The notes under the pieces were generated by a model. That model did no database searches. It saw nothing but the letters and a program-made list of their open reading frames with translations, and had not been told where the DNA came from. From Bacteroidota bacterium (lineage in GTDB: Bacteria > Bacteroidota > Ignavibacteria > Tepidaquicellales > Tepidaquicellaceae), in contig DAIPYG010000002.1 in assembly GCA_036782875.1 (NCBI GenBank), positions 23,340 through 87,339 of the forward strand: DNA of 64,000 nucleotides, given 5' to 3'. Within the stretch, counting starts at the first letter, position 1; the number at the start of each line of letters is the position of its first letter. Below are positions 28,300 through 37,768 of this stretch, piece after piece. The position numbers and the translations under genes were made by a program.

Positions 28300-28974
28300 T
28301 TAAGATATCTGAATTTCATCACTTTTTTTATCAAACAAAGTCGATCGGGCTGGAAGATAAACTCCTTTTTCCACCGTATCCTTCATTATTATTGCACCTG
28401 CTGCTATCAGAGTTTCAGGTGCTATGGTAATTGCATCACGCAGAGTGGCATTTACTCCGATGAAACAGTTTCTCTTTATTGTTACAAACCCGGATACTAC
28501 TACATGCGAAGAAATAAAATTGTGATCTTCGATCTTTACATCATGACCAATATGATTACCGCTCCAAAGTACTACATTGTTGCCGATCCTGACATAAGGC
28601 TGAATAGTATTATCCTCAAGTATAAAACAGTTATCTCCCGGCGGGAACTGTGACAGATAAGAACAGTGAGAGCTGATATAATTTGCCATACGGTATCCTT
28701 TTGATTTACATTCATTGTATAAAGCTTCTCTTATTTTATTCATATTATTATAACCTACAGCAACAAATGCTTCATATTCTGAAGATTGATATTTGGATTC
28801 AAGTTCTTCAAGAGCTGTAACAGGCAGATCCTCAAAGACAGGAGAAGCTATGTATTTTTCATTGACCGAAAAAGCGCAGACTTCATATTCAGAATCAGTT
28901 TCAAAGAAAAACTTTGCCAGCCTGGCATTCGATGTGTTTCCTATTATTACGAGTTTCTTATTTTTTTCTCTCAT
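28300..28974 (-). CDS. NeuD/PglD-family sugar N/O-acyltransferase (left-handed beta-helix)
   Basis: 224 aa. An N-terminal Rossmann-like KLVIIGNTSNARLA is followed by hexapeptide repeats (IGNNVVLWSGNHIGHDVKIEDHNFISSHVVVSG...). ATGA overlap at 28971-28974. Confidence 0.75.
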   Translation of the reverse strand: MREKNKKLVIIGNTSNARLAKFFFETDSEYEVCAFSVNEKYIASPVFEDLPVTALEELESKYQSSEYEAFVAVGYNNMNKIREALYNECKSKGYRMANYISSHCSYLSQFPPGDNCFILEDNTIQPYVRIGNNVVLWSGNHIGHDVKIEDHNFISSHVVVSGFVTIKRNCFIGVNATLRDAITIAPETLIAAGAIIMKDTVEKGVYLPARSTLFDKKSDEIQIS

Positions 28975-29666
28975 GATTTAAATGATTTCATAAATTTAGG
29001 TGAATTTGGACCTTCATTGAAGATTAGATCGATAATGCTTACTGCATGCGTGAATTCCCCGTGAAGCTGTTCGTATTCAGGGTAGCCGGAATAATCAAAA
29101 TAATGAACTCTGATGTTTTCTTTTTCAAAAAGCTCTTCGTTCATATATGCCTTTGCTGCTGGTCCGGAATAATAATCAGTTGCTCCCAGAGTTTTACAGA
29201 TATCCACAAGTCTCTCCGTCTTTTCCTCAAGAAGATTAAACTCATCGGACCAGATCATCTTAGTTTTAATTCCGAGAATCTCACAGATGGTTTTTATAAA
29301 ATTATAATTTACTTTGCTCAGATATTCTTCTTTACTATTGAGATAAAGCTTTTCGAATATTTGCTTGTATTCATTGAAATATTTTGCCCGGGAGTAATTG
29401 TGTATAATTGTATTCCAGTGCTTCTCTGCCCAGTCAGGTTCGCTTATCTTTGTTTCCTTTATCTTTTGAAAATATTTGCCCTTTACTTCGACAGGTATTG
29501 TCAGCCACTTTACGCCGTCTCTTGTCTTTATCTGATTCCTGTTGCGCCAGTCCCTTCTTGTAAACTGCATATCGTCATATAATACAAATTCATCGACCAT
29601 GTTTATCGAATCGAAATATCCTTTCCAGGGAATATAGTTTGACTGTGTGATAATAATTTTTTTCAA
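28971..29666 (-). CDS. wbqC: WbqC-family protein (function unknown)
   Basis: 231 aa. N-terminus ITQSNYIPWKGYFDSINMVDEFVLYDDMQFTRRDWRNRNQIKT matches the WbqC-like signature. TTG start. Confidence 0.75.
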   Translation of the reverse strand: MKKIIITQSNYIPWKGYFDSINMVDEFVLYDDMQFTRRDWRNRNQIKTRDGVKWLTIPVEVKGKYFQKIKETKISEPDWAEKHWNTIIHNYSRAKYFNEYKQIFEKLYLNSKEEYLSKVNYNFIKTICEILGIKTKMIWSDEFNLLEEKTERLVDICKTLGATDYYSGPAAKAYMNEELFEKENIRVHYFDYSGYPEYEQLHGEFTHAVSIIDLIFNEGPNSPKFMKSFKS

Positions 29667-29667
29667 A

Positions 29668-30600
29668 TTACAGATTTAATTTTTCATCAATTATATAAAG
29701 AGGTCTTTGCTTTGTCTGCTCGAATATTTTACCGATATATATTCCGGCAATTCCTATGCTCATAAGGATCAGTCCTGTTGAAAACAATATTGCCACGATG
29801 AGGCTCGGCCAGCCTGGCTGAAACTTAAGAAGAAAATAACTAAGCACTATGCTCAGTCCTGCCAGCAATGACAAAATGGAAATTATCAGACCTGTATAAA
29901 TAGATAATCTTAACAGCTTGTCCGAATATGATGTCCAGCCCTGAAGAGCTGTGACAAACAGTTTCGAAATTGAATAAGTTGAACTGCCTTCATACCTTTC
30001 CCTGTGTTCTACCGGAACATATGTTGATCTGAATCCAACCCATTTTATCAGCTGAATGTAAAGTCTGTCCTGATCCCTGAGTTTTAAAAATTCATCCTTT
30101 ACCCTTCGGCTGATCATTGTCATTGAACCGACATTAAGGTCATAATTTTTATCGGAAAACATTTTAAATAATGAGTTGTAAATCTTTGCGGTTATCATTT
30201 TAAAAAATGAATGCTTCCTTCCTATCCTTCTGGTAAAAACAACATCATAGCCATTCCCGAATTCGTCAAGTAATTTTTTTATGTGAACAGGATCATCCTG
30301 AAGATCACAGTCCATAATAACTATAATATCCCCGGAAGCCCTGCTCAGTCCGGCTGTAATTGCATAATGCTGACCGAAGTTCCTGCTGAGTTTAATTCCC
30401 TTGACCCTTTTATCTCTTATGCAGTTCTCTTCTATCTTTAGCCATGAACTGTCACCGCCTCCGTCTTCCACAAGAATTATTTCATAATTTTCTGTAATTT
30501 TGGAAAGAGATTCAGACAATCTTTTTACAAGTTCATCTACTATCTTTTCAGATTTGTAAACAGGACTTACAACTGAAATAAATTTTCCTGATTGAGTCAT
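29668..30600 (-). CDS. GT2 polyprenyl-phosphate sugar synthase (ArnC/GtrB/DPM1-like)
   Basis: 310 aa with ISVVSPVYKSE, ILVEDGGGD and IMDCDLQDDP, plus two C-terminal TM helices. Confidence 0.8.
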   Translation of the reverse strand: MTQSGKFISVVSPVYKSEKIVDELVKRLSESLSKITENYEIILVEDGGGDSSWLKIEENCIRDKRVKGIKLSRNFGQHYAITAGLSRASGDIIVIMDCDLQDDPVHIKKLLDEFGNGYDVVFTRRIGRKHSFFKMITAKIYNSLFKMFSDKNYDLNVGSMTMISRRVKDEFLKLRDQDRLYIQLIKWVGFRSTYVPVEHRERYEGSSTYSISKLFVTALQGWTSYSDKLLRLSIYTGLIISILSLLAGLSIVLSYFLLKFQPGWPSLIVAILFSTGLILMSIGIAGIYIGKIFEQTKQRPLYIIDEKLNL

Positions 30601-31772
30601 GAATTAAAAAATTCCTTAAAAAGTAAATTTTGTTTTTCTATTGTAAAGCTTTCTTCCACTCTTCTTCTTGCATTGCCTGAAACTACCCTTCTTTTCTCTT
30701 CAGACAGATTTATCACATATTCTATTTTTGATGCAAATGACGACGGATCCCTTCGTTTAACAATCCATCCGGTTACACCGTCCTGAATATTTTCTTTCAA
30801 ACCATCCGCATCACTTACAATGCATAGTAAACCTGAAGCCTGAGCTTCCAGCACTGATACACAGAATCCTTCCTGCATACTTGTCTGTATATATATATCA
30901 GACTCTATCATCATGCTGTTTATTTCCTTGTGTTCTTTTTTTCCTGAAAAAAATACTCTGTCCTGCAGACCGCACTGGTAAACGGCAAATGTAAGCCGTT
31001 CGAGCTCTGTACCTGCTCCGACTATGTTGTATATAAAATCAATTCCTTTGTCTTTAAGAATCTTCATCGCCGATATAGCAGTCTCGTAATCCTTTATCCA
31101 GTTTAGTCTGCCGATGGTAAGTATCCTGATCTTATTTCCAATAATTCCCTTATTGTCTTTTACTCTGAATTGATTTACATCTATTGCCGGAGTAATTTTT
31201 CTGTAAAAGACATTTTCCGGTAGTCCGAGTTTTAAAGCCTTTTTATAAAGGTAATCCGAAATTGAATGCACCTTATCTGCTTTCTGCCATAGAAGATCAT
31301 AACATCCCGGATTCTTCAGCGGATAAATATTTATATCAAATCCTCTGAAGCTCACACTCATTTTCGCATTCACTGCTTTTGCAACATTCTCTCTTTTTAA
31401 AGTCATTGTTGCAAATCCGAAATGCAGGCAGTCAATCTTTTCTGTAATTATATGTGAATTGATATAAATTGATTTAAGTGACTTGCTGAATGATCCGTTT
31501 CCTTTTCTTTCAAGTTTAAATAATCTGATAAAATTTTTCGGGGCTTTTATGAATGTTAATCCTAAAACCCAGAACAGCATTACCGTCTGCTTTACCGGTT
31601 TCTTTTCATAGACCGGATACGCGCTTCTTATTTTATATCCAAATTTTTTCTTTTCTTTTTTATTGCTGAAGACAATCACTTCAAATCCCGAATCAGTAAG
31701 TCCCCTGATCTTGTGATTAAAGAATGTTTCTGAATACTGCGGAGCTTCAGGCAAGACAAGACCAATTCTCAT
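30597..31772 (-). CDS. Glycosyltransferase family 4
   Basis: 391 aa with motif QEGFCVSVLEAQASGLLCIVSDADGL. ATGA overlap with the downstream gene. Confidence 0.8.
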   Translation of the reverse strand: MRIGLVLPEAPQYSETFFNHKIRGLTDSGFEVIVFSNKKEKKKFGYKIRSAYPVYEKKPVKQTVMLFWVLGLTFIKAPKNFIRLFKLERKGNGSFSKSLKSIYINSHIITEKIDCLHFGFATMTLKRENVAKAVNAKMSVSFRGFDINIYPLKNPGCYDLLWQKADKVHSISDYLYKKALKLGLPENVFYRKITPAIDVNQFRVKDNKGIIGNKIRILTIGRLNWIKDYETAISAMKILKDKGIDFIYNIVGAGTELERLTFAVYQCGLQDRVFFSGKKEHKEINSMMIESDIYIQTSMQEGFCVSVLEAQASGLLCIVSDADGLKENIQDGVTGWIVKRRDPSSFASKIEYVINLSEEKRRVVSGNARRRVEESFTIEKQNLLFKEFFNS

Positions 31773-31776
31773 TTTT

Positions 31777-32958
31777 TTAAGAGCCGAGAATTGTATTATA
31801 TAATCCTGAGAATTCTCGCATTTGCTTATCTATGCTGAAATCTTCCTTAATTGTATTCTTCGCTTTTTTTACTATTTCTGTCTTAAATTCAATATCAGAA
31901 TTTATGAACTGCTTTATTTTATCTGAAAGCAATACCGGATCTCTTACAGGAACTATGTATCCGTTAACTTTATCCACAACTACTTCGTCCATTCCTCCGC
32001 AGTCAGTAGTCAGAACCGGAACACCTGTAGCCATTGCTTCAAGTACAACATTTGCAATTCCTTCTTCCACACTCGGAAGTATGAGAAGATGAGATGTCTG
32101 CAGCTTTTTAATGAGTTCATCATGTTTCATTCCCGGAATAATATTTACTTTATCTGACAGTCCGTATTCATTTATCATAAATGTTATCTCTTCAGGAATT
32201 TTCCCCTGTGCAATTATAGAATAAGTAAAATCTATTTTACTGTCATTCAGGATCTTCATTGCGTCCAATGCATAATGATAACCTTTCTTCCAGTGAAATC
32301 TGCCTATGGAAATTATTTCAAGTGTGTTCCCGCTTTTGTACAATTCTGACTTCTTCAAAAACAGTTCATCCTTTATACTGGAATGAATGACCTTGATCTT
32401 ATTTTTTTCAGCGCCGTATTTCATGGCTTCTCTGCCTATATGCTCTGATACAGCGTGAAATCCGTCTATTCCGGGAAAGTATTTTCTGTATGCTTCGGCA
32501 AGATTAAAATCAAGAATGGGTGAATAATTTATATGAGCTCCTCTGAGACTGACTATAAATTTACTGTTTAAGAGTTCGAATAATTCAGGATGCTGCTCGA
32601 CCGTCTTCGCCCATTGTATATGAAAGATATCGGGTTTGTTGTTCAGTATGGGAAATATTATTCCTGCTTCTTTTATGATCCCTTTGAGTTTCTTTTTTTT
32701 ATTCTTTAAAATTTTATAACATTTGATTAACAATCCGGGATCTTTCGCCAGTAAAGTTAGTGACTGATACATTACATTTATAAATAATCCTGCTCCGCTC
32801 GCAGGAGTGGGATATACTTTAACATTCCCTTTATATTTAACTTCTGCAGTTTGCTTGCCGAACAACAATATCTCTGTACCTGACTGGGCTAATCCTTCAA
32901 TGAGGTTTTCAATGAATGTTGTTGAAGGAATATTTCCGGAATAGACAGCAACTTTCAT
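31777..32958 (-). CDS. Glycosyltransferase family 4
   Basis: 393 aa with motif EEGIANVVLEAMATGVPVLTTDCGGM. Confidence 0.8.
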   Translation of the reverse strand: MKVAVYSGNIPSTTFIENLIEGLAQSGTEILLFGKQTAEVKYKGNVKVYPTPASGAGLFINVMYQSLTLLAKDPGLLIKCYKILKNKKKKLKGIIKEAGIIFPILNNKPDIFHIQWAKTVEQHPELFELLNSKFIVSLRGAHINYSPILDFNLAEAYRKYFPGIDGFHAVSEHIGREAMKYGAEKNKIKVIHSSIKDELFLKKSELYKSGNTLEIISIGRFHWKKGYHYALDAMKILNDSKIDFTYSIIAQGKIPEEITFMINEYGLSDKVNIIPGMKHDELIKKLQTSHLLILPSVEEGIANVVLEAMATGVPVLTTDCGGMDEVVVDKVNGYIVPVRDPVLLSDKIKQFINSDIEFKTEIVKKAKNTIKEDFSIDKQMREFSGLYNTILGS

Positions 32959-32959
32959 A

Positions 32960-34351
32960 TCAGCTATCAGTTTTGATTTTCTTCATTTGCGAAAACATTG
33001 ACAGGGTTAATAGCATATTTACAGAATGAGAATAATAAACCGGATCTTTTTTGAATCCGTTATAGAAATATTTTACCGTATCAGGTGAAACTAAACCGGA
33101 GAATGAATTATTGTCAAACAAATGTTCTTTAAGATGCTTATCATTGTCTTCTCCGGTAAACTGAATTTCCCAGTTACGTATGTTTAGTTTCTTCCCGAAG
33201 ATTTTTTCGTTGATCAGTCTTTTGCCTTTTCTGATTGCTCTGCCCGGTAATCTGGCTTTGTTATGAAAATTCTTGTAATCGTAAAGATTATAAGGATCAT
33301 AGTCCTGCCATGGAATCTTTGCAAGTTCAGCATTTTTCATTTTAATATAATTTATCTGTACCTTTCTTCCGGCAAGAAGCTTCTCAGGAATACGGCATAT
33401 AAACTTACACATCTCATCATCATAATACGGCAACACTAAGGGATTATAAGCGCTGAAAATTTCCATGTTTGCACTTGTCCATCTAGGAGCCCAGTACATG
33501 GATTTGAAAGCTCTTATCCTTGAGTTTGCATTGTCAATTTTTATTTCCTGAAGAAGCAAAGATATTCTTTCTTCAAGATAAGACCTGAAATTTCCCTCCA
33601 GACCCCAGCTTGCCCACAAAGACTGAGCTAATTCTTCACCGCTGCGTTTCAGTATCTTTTTTAAAATAACAATTATCTGTTCTTCAAATGAGATTTCATC
33701 TTTTACACCCATGTCATCAAACAAGACATCACCCCAGTGTCCGAGAAAAAAAACATTTCCTGATTCAGAGATCTCTTCTATTACTGCCATCTGCCTTGGA
33801 CTTGTAAAATCGGCATAGCACTTATTTATTGCTGCAAGCTTGTCTATCACATTCCACAAATAACCTCTGGGAATAATATACTCCTTAAAAGGGAATGATC
33901 TTACTTCTGAAATCATCTTTCCGTATTTCGTTTCATCAAAACTGTCTTCAAATTTATATGAATAAGATCTAACATTTGAATTATCACTAAGTACTGCTGC
34001 CTGAGTTCTGCTGTCTAGACCTCCTGAAAGTGGAAGTATAACTTCCATATTTTTTAACTTTGTGCTGCAGATCTTTTCAAAAAGATGTGCGAATTCTTCT
34101 GTAGCCTTTTTTAATGTAATATCCTCGGGACTGTAATGCCACTTCCAGTAATGAACAGAATTTTTAATCTTCTTATTTTCATCGATCACATAATCAGTTG
34201 CAGGCTGAAGTGCTTCAAGATCTTTATAGAATGTATCTTTTTCAAGAAAAAATCCTGTTGCAGCAAATATACATATTGCTTTTAAATTCAGTCCGGACCC
34301 GCAATCGCTGTTTACAAATATCTGCTTATCGGGAATTATTGATGTCTTCAA
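32960..34351 (-). CDS. Asparagine-synthetase-like PP-loop ATPase lacking the glutaminase domain
   Basis: 463 aa with PP-loop LPLSGGLDSRTQ about 100 aa from the N-terminus. There is no N-terminal Cys nucleophile. TTG start. Confidence 0.65.
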   Translation of the reverse strand: MKTSIIPDKQIFVNSDCGSGLNLKAICIFAATGFFLEKDTFYKDLEALQPATDYVIDENKKIKNSVHYWKWHYSPEDITLKKATEEFAHLFEKICSTKLKNMEVILPLSGGLDSRTQAAVLSDNSNVRSYSYKFEDSFDETKYGKMISEVRSFPFKEYIIPRGYLWNVIDKLAAINKCYADFTSPRQMAVIEEISESGNVFFLGHWGDVLFDDMGVKDEISFEEQIIVILKKILKRSGEELAQSLWASWGLEGNFRSYLEERISLLLQEIKIDNANSRIRAFKSMYWAPRWTSANMEIFSAYNPLVLPYYDDEMCKFICRIPEKLLAGRKVQINYIKMKNAELAKIPWQDYDPYNLYDYKNFHNKARLPGRAIRKGKRLINEKIFGKKLNIRNWEIQFTGEDNDKHLKEHLFDNNSFSGLVSPDTVKYFYNGFKKDPVYYSHSVNMLLTLSMFSQMKKIKTDS

Positions 34352-34359
34352 AATAATCT

Positions 34360-35346
34360 TCAGTGTTTTTTCAGCCAGTCAAATCTGATCTTTGCCGATA
34401 CCTTTGTGGCAATATCAAAAGGCATGAGAAGATCGAGCAGATAATCATTTTTAAATTTTTGTTTCAGCTCGGGATAATTACTAAGTCCATCTTTAAGCTC
34501 TCTGCGGCTCTCTAAATATTTTTTCTTACCTGCTATTCTTTTCAGACAGGTATAATAAGAAAACTCATAATCATCCTGAAGCTTTTTATCGAAAGAATTG
34601 GCTTTAAGAAATTCTATTACCCACCTGTAAAACCCAAGGTTCCATTGATCCATTATTCCGCTCTTTGTTGCCTGTCTTAATGTAGATTCATAATGCTTTC
34701 TGTATTTTACAATTATCTCATCATCAAAGAAAATCCTGAATTTGGCAGCAAGTTTAAGCCATAATACTATATCTTCAGATCCTTTTACTGATTCTTCAAA
34801 TCCATTCACTTCATTAAAGTACTTTCTTCTTACCATGCTTGCGCTCGGAAGAGGAGTACACTTCAGATCTTTAAGAAAATTTTCTACCAGCACCGGCGGT
34901 TCAAAAATTCCGCTGTCTAATCCTTTTCCGTCTTTTCCTACAGGCTGCTTGAATGTGCGCTCCTTATACCAGTATAGTGCAGGACTCCAGATCATAGCGC
35001 AGTCCTTTAGATCTTTAAATATATTATTTTGGCGCGACAACCGGTTTACATACCAGATATCATCCTGATCAATGAAGGAAATTATCTCTCCGCTTGATTT
35101 CTCAATCGCCCTGTTTCTGGTATAAGCTGTACCGAAATTACTGTTAACCCTATGCTCAAAGAAAAATATCTTATCAGAATATTTCCCGGCTAGCTCTCTT
35201 GCAATCTCCTGAGTTCCGTCTGTGCTGCCGTCATCAAATAAAATCCACTCCCAGTCTTCGAAATCCTGTCTCAATACACTGTCTGCTGTCTCGGAAAATA
35301 GTTTTGATCCGTTATAAAGTGTTGTAATTATGGAAATAAATGCCAT
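34360..35346 (-). CDS. Glycosyltransferase family 2
   Basis: 328 aa with ISIITTLYNGSKLF, ILFDDGSTDGT and SFIDQDD. Confidence 0.8.
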   Translation of the reverse strand: MAFISIITTLYNGSKLFSETADSVLRQDFEDWEWILFDDGSTDGTQEIARELAGKYSDKIFFFEHRVNSNFGTAYTRNRAIEKSSGEIISFIDQDDIWYVNRLSRQNNIFKDLKDCAMIWSPALYWYKERTFKQPVGKDGKGLDSGIFEPPVLVENFLKDLKCTPLPSASMVRRKYFNEVNGFEESVKGSEDIVLWLKLAAKFRIFFDDEIIVKYRKHYESTLRQATKSGIMDQWNLGFYRWVIEFLKANSFDKKLQDDYEFSYYTCLKRIAGKKKYLESRRELKDGLSNYPELKQKFKNDYLLDLLMPFDIATKVSAKIRFDWLKKH

Positions 35347-35350
35347 TGAA

Positions 35351-36064
35351 TTATTTATTCATATATAATAGTCCATTACCCATTATACTGCTGCCGGGTT
35401 TAATATACTCTTCATTTTTATAATTACTTTTTATTTCGTTCCAGAATTTATAAACTTCATGACCGTCCTTATAAGTATTAATGTCATGAAATCCTATAAG
35501 CCCGTCATCAGCCATCATATCTTTGTAAATTTCAAAATCCTTTTTTATTCCTTCATATGTATGATCACCGTCGAGATAGAGAAAATCTATTTTTTTTTCA
35601 CCCAGAATTTCTTTCAAATTTTTAATGGACTCAGGGGATTTTGAGTCGCCCCTTATAAAGTCTAAAACTGTGTTTGACCTGTCGCTTACAAATTCTCTGA
35701 AAAATTTTATTCGCTTTATATCATACCCGCCTCCGTATTGTCCGTCCGGAAGATCTATACTTATGATATTCTCAGCCTTGGGTAAGATCCTGCACCAGAC
35801 AAAAAATGTTCCGCCGTTCCAGGTGCCTATCTCAACTATTACTTTTGGGTTATGCTTAATAACGCTTTCACTTAAATATTTAAGTTCAGTATGTTCCTGT
35901 GCTAACCGTATCTTATCATAAAATCCTCTGCCTCTGTAATTTTCAATTGAAAGTAATACATCATCTATATTTCCCGGAGGTAATATTTTCTTCAGTTTTC
36001 TTTTTGAGATTCTGAAGGCAATGTTATCCTTTAATCTTTCAAAAACGCCTGTGTCTGTTAACAT
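35351..36064 (-). CDS. Class I SAM-dependent methyltransferase (Methyltransf_24 / CmcI-like)
   Basis: 237 aa with VIVEIGTWNGGTFFVW and DFLYLDGDHTYEGIKKDFEIY. Confidence 0.65.
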   Translation of the reverse strand: MLTDTGVFERLKDNIAFRISKRKLKKILPPGNIDDVLLSIENYRGRGFYDKIRLAQEHTELKYLSESVIKHNPKVIVEIGTWNGGTFFVWCRILPKAENIISIDLPDGQYGGGYDIKRIKFFREFVSDRSNTVLDFIRGDSKSPESIKNLKEILGEKKIDFLYLDGDHTYEGIKKDFEIYKDMMADDGLIGFHDINTYKDGHEVYKFWNEIKSNYKNEEYIKPGSSIMGNGLLYMNK

Positions 36065-36071
36065 ATTGAGA

Positions 36072-36728
36072 TTACTTTTTTGCTAATGAATAAATTGTGG
36101 TTTCCGGCATGAGCCGGGATATCTTGAATATTCCTTTTCCGAAATACTTTCTGTGTATTCTTCTTATCATAAATCCTATATTGCTTTCATCCTCATGCTT
36201 TTCCGAAAGCAGCTGTGGAAGCGGATACTTCAGGGGCATAAGCTTATCCACTTTATCCCTGGTAAGTGATATCATTGCCCTGGAATCCTGAAATGCGAGC
36301 CCTGAAAAAAGCTCCTTGGTTCCGTCATATGTAAATCTCCACAGATCTATAGGCATTTTCGAAATTTTTCTGACATAGCATTCAGACATAATTGCAGTTC
36401 CTCCCTTTTTCATCATAGAAATAATATTCTCTGATGCCTTAAAAGGATTCCTGACATTTGTCAGAACTTCCATGCAGATTACAGTGGAAAAAAATTCCCT
36501 GTGGTTTTTTATGAAATCCGCGCTGCTATCAGTGATATCTACTGCATAATCAACTCCCTCACCTTCAAACAGATCTATTCCCGTTATATCACTAAAGCCA
36601 AGCTTCTTCAGACAGGATTGAAGATTTTCTTTGTCGTACTCATATTGCTTTGAGCCTACAAGCAAAATCGGTTCCGTAATGAATTCCTTGTTGATTTCAA
36701 TAAAACTTATCTGGTTTCTTGTTGCCAT
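36072..36728 (-). CDS. Methyltransferase-fold-like protein with a degenerate SAM motif
   Basis: 218 aa. ILLVGSKQY replaces the usual GxGxG. ITGIDL and VICMEVLTNVRNP resemble motifs II/III of class I methyltransferases. This is a weak call. Confidence 0.4.
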   Translation of the reverse strand: MATRNQISFIEINKEFITEPILLVGSKQYEYDKENLQSCLKKLGFSDITGIDLFEGEGVDYAVDITDSSADFIKNHREFFSTVICMEVLTNVRNPFKASENIISMMKKGGTAIMSECYVRKISKMPIDLWRFTYDGTKELFSGLAFQDSRAMISLTRDKVDKLMPLKYPLPQLLSEKHEDESNIGFMIRRIHRKYFGKGIFKISRLMPETTIYSLAKK

Positions 36729-37768
36729 AAAATATCATTTAAATTTTGTGAATGTAAAAATTTTGCTTCAGGCCATTTCAAATAAATCTTTTCGAAAAGC
36801 AGATCCAGTTCTTTCATTGTTTTTGACCTGTATTCAGCTGCATATGTTCCTGCAAAGTTAACTCTGTGAAAATCTATTACTGCCGGGATATTGTATTCAA
36901 ATGCTTTCTCGATTGAAATCAAACATTGTTCGTGAAGCATATTATAATCCTTATGAGGATCGAGCCTGGCATTTCTTACTGACCAGTAAAGACCTTTTCT
37001 TTTCTGAAAATATGGAACACTTATTCTTTTATCATCAGATGTCTCAAGCCGGTTTGATGCCTGTATCATCGAGATTTTATTTTCCTTTAAAACATCAATT
37101 AATTTTTTATCAAAGATATAAGTAGGAGGTATTACAGAACCGGAATAAAATCCGAAGTAATTATTGAATTCATCCGCTGCATTTTTGATCTTTGAAGATT
37201 CAAGGTTATGAATGCTTAACTCTCCCTGCAAAAAACTGAAACTTCCCCTGACTGTCGATTTAGCTGTAAAAAATCCGTTATCAAAAGATTCCTTTCCTTC
37301 ATCTGTATAAAAATATTTTTCCAGTGAGCTTAAATTATAATGACTGAATCCATGTAGCTGCGGGAAAATAATTTTACTTTCTATTCCTTCTCTGTATAAT
37401 TTTTTTAATTCTTTACTTTCAGTATTAAATCCATTTGATAAAGGAATATATTCCGGTTTATCCTTGACTGAATAGTCAATATTATGAGTTATGAAATTAG
37501 AAGTTATGACGGGAGGTGATTCAAACTTTAATGAATATTTTTTCAGAATATAATATAATTCACTGAGATCTTCCGGAGTTTCAAGTGTATCATAACTCCA
37601 TCTGCTCATCTTATCGATACCGTATTTGTTTTCCATCCATTTTACTGAATCAGAATTCATAGATCTTTCAAGTCCCCAGTCATCGCTTTCTATGATGATA
37701 TATTTTCCGTTGAACTTCTTCCTTAAATAATGCGGAAGATATTTTAAAAAATTAAAAGGATTCCTCAA
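36707..37768 (-). CDS. Hypothetical protein, possibly a carbohydrate deacetylase-like fold
   Basis: 353 aa. IIIESDDWG and PQLHGFSHYN are reminiscent of metal-dependent sugar deacetylases. TTG start. Weak call. Confidence 0.3.
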   Translation of the reverse strand: MRNPFNFLKYLPHYLRKKFNGKYIIIESDDWGLERSMNSDSVKWMENKYGIDKMSRWSYDTLETPEDLSELYYILKKYSLKFESPPVITSNFITHNIDYSVKDKPEYIPLSNGFNTESKELKKLYREGIESKIIFPQLHGFSHYNLSSLEKYFYTDEGKESFDNGFFTAKSTVRGSFSFLQGELSIHNLESSKIKNAADEFNNYFGFYSGSVIPPTYIFDKKLIDVLKENKISMIQASNRLETSDDKRISVPYFQKRKGLYWSVRNARLDPHKDYNMLHEQCLISIEKAFEYNIPAVIDFHRVNFAGTYAAEYRSKTMKELDLLFEKIYLKWPEAKFLHSQNLNDILWQQETR

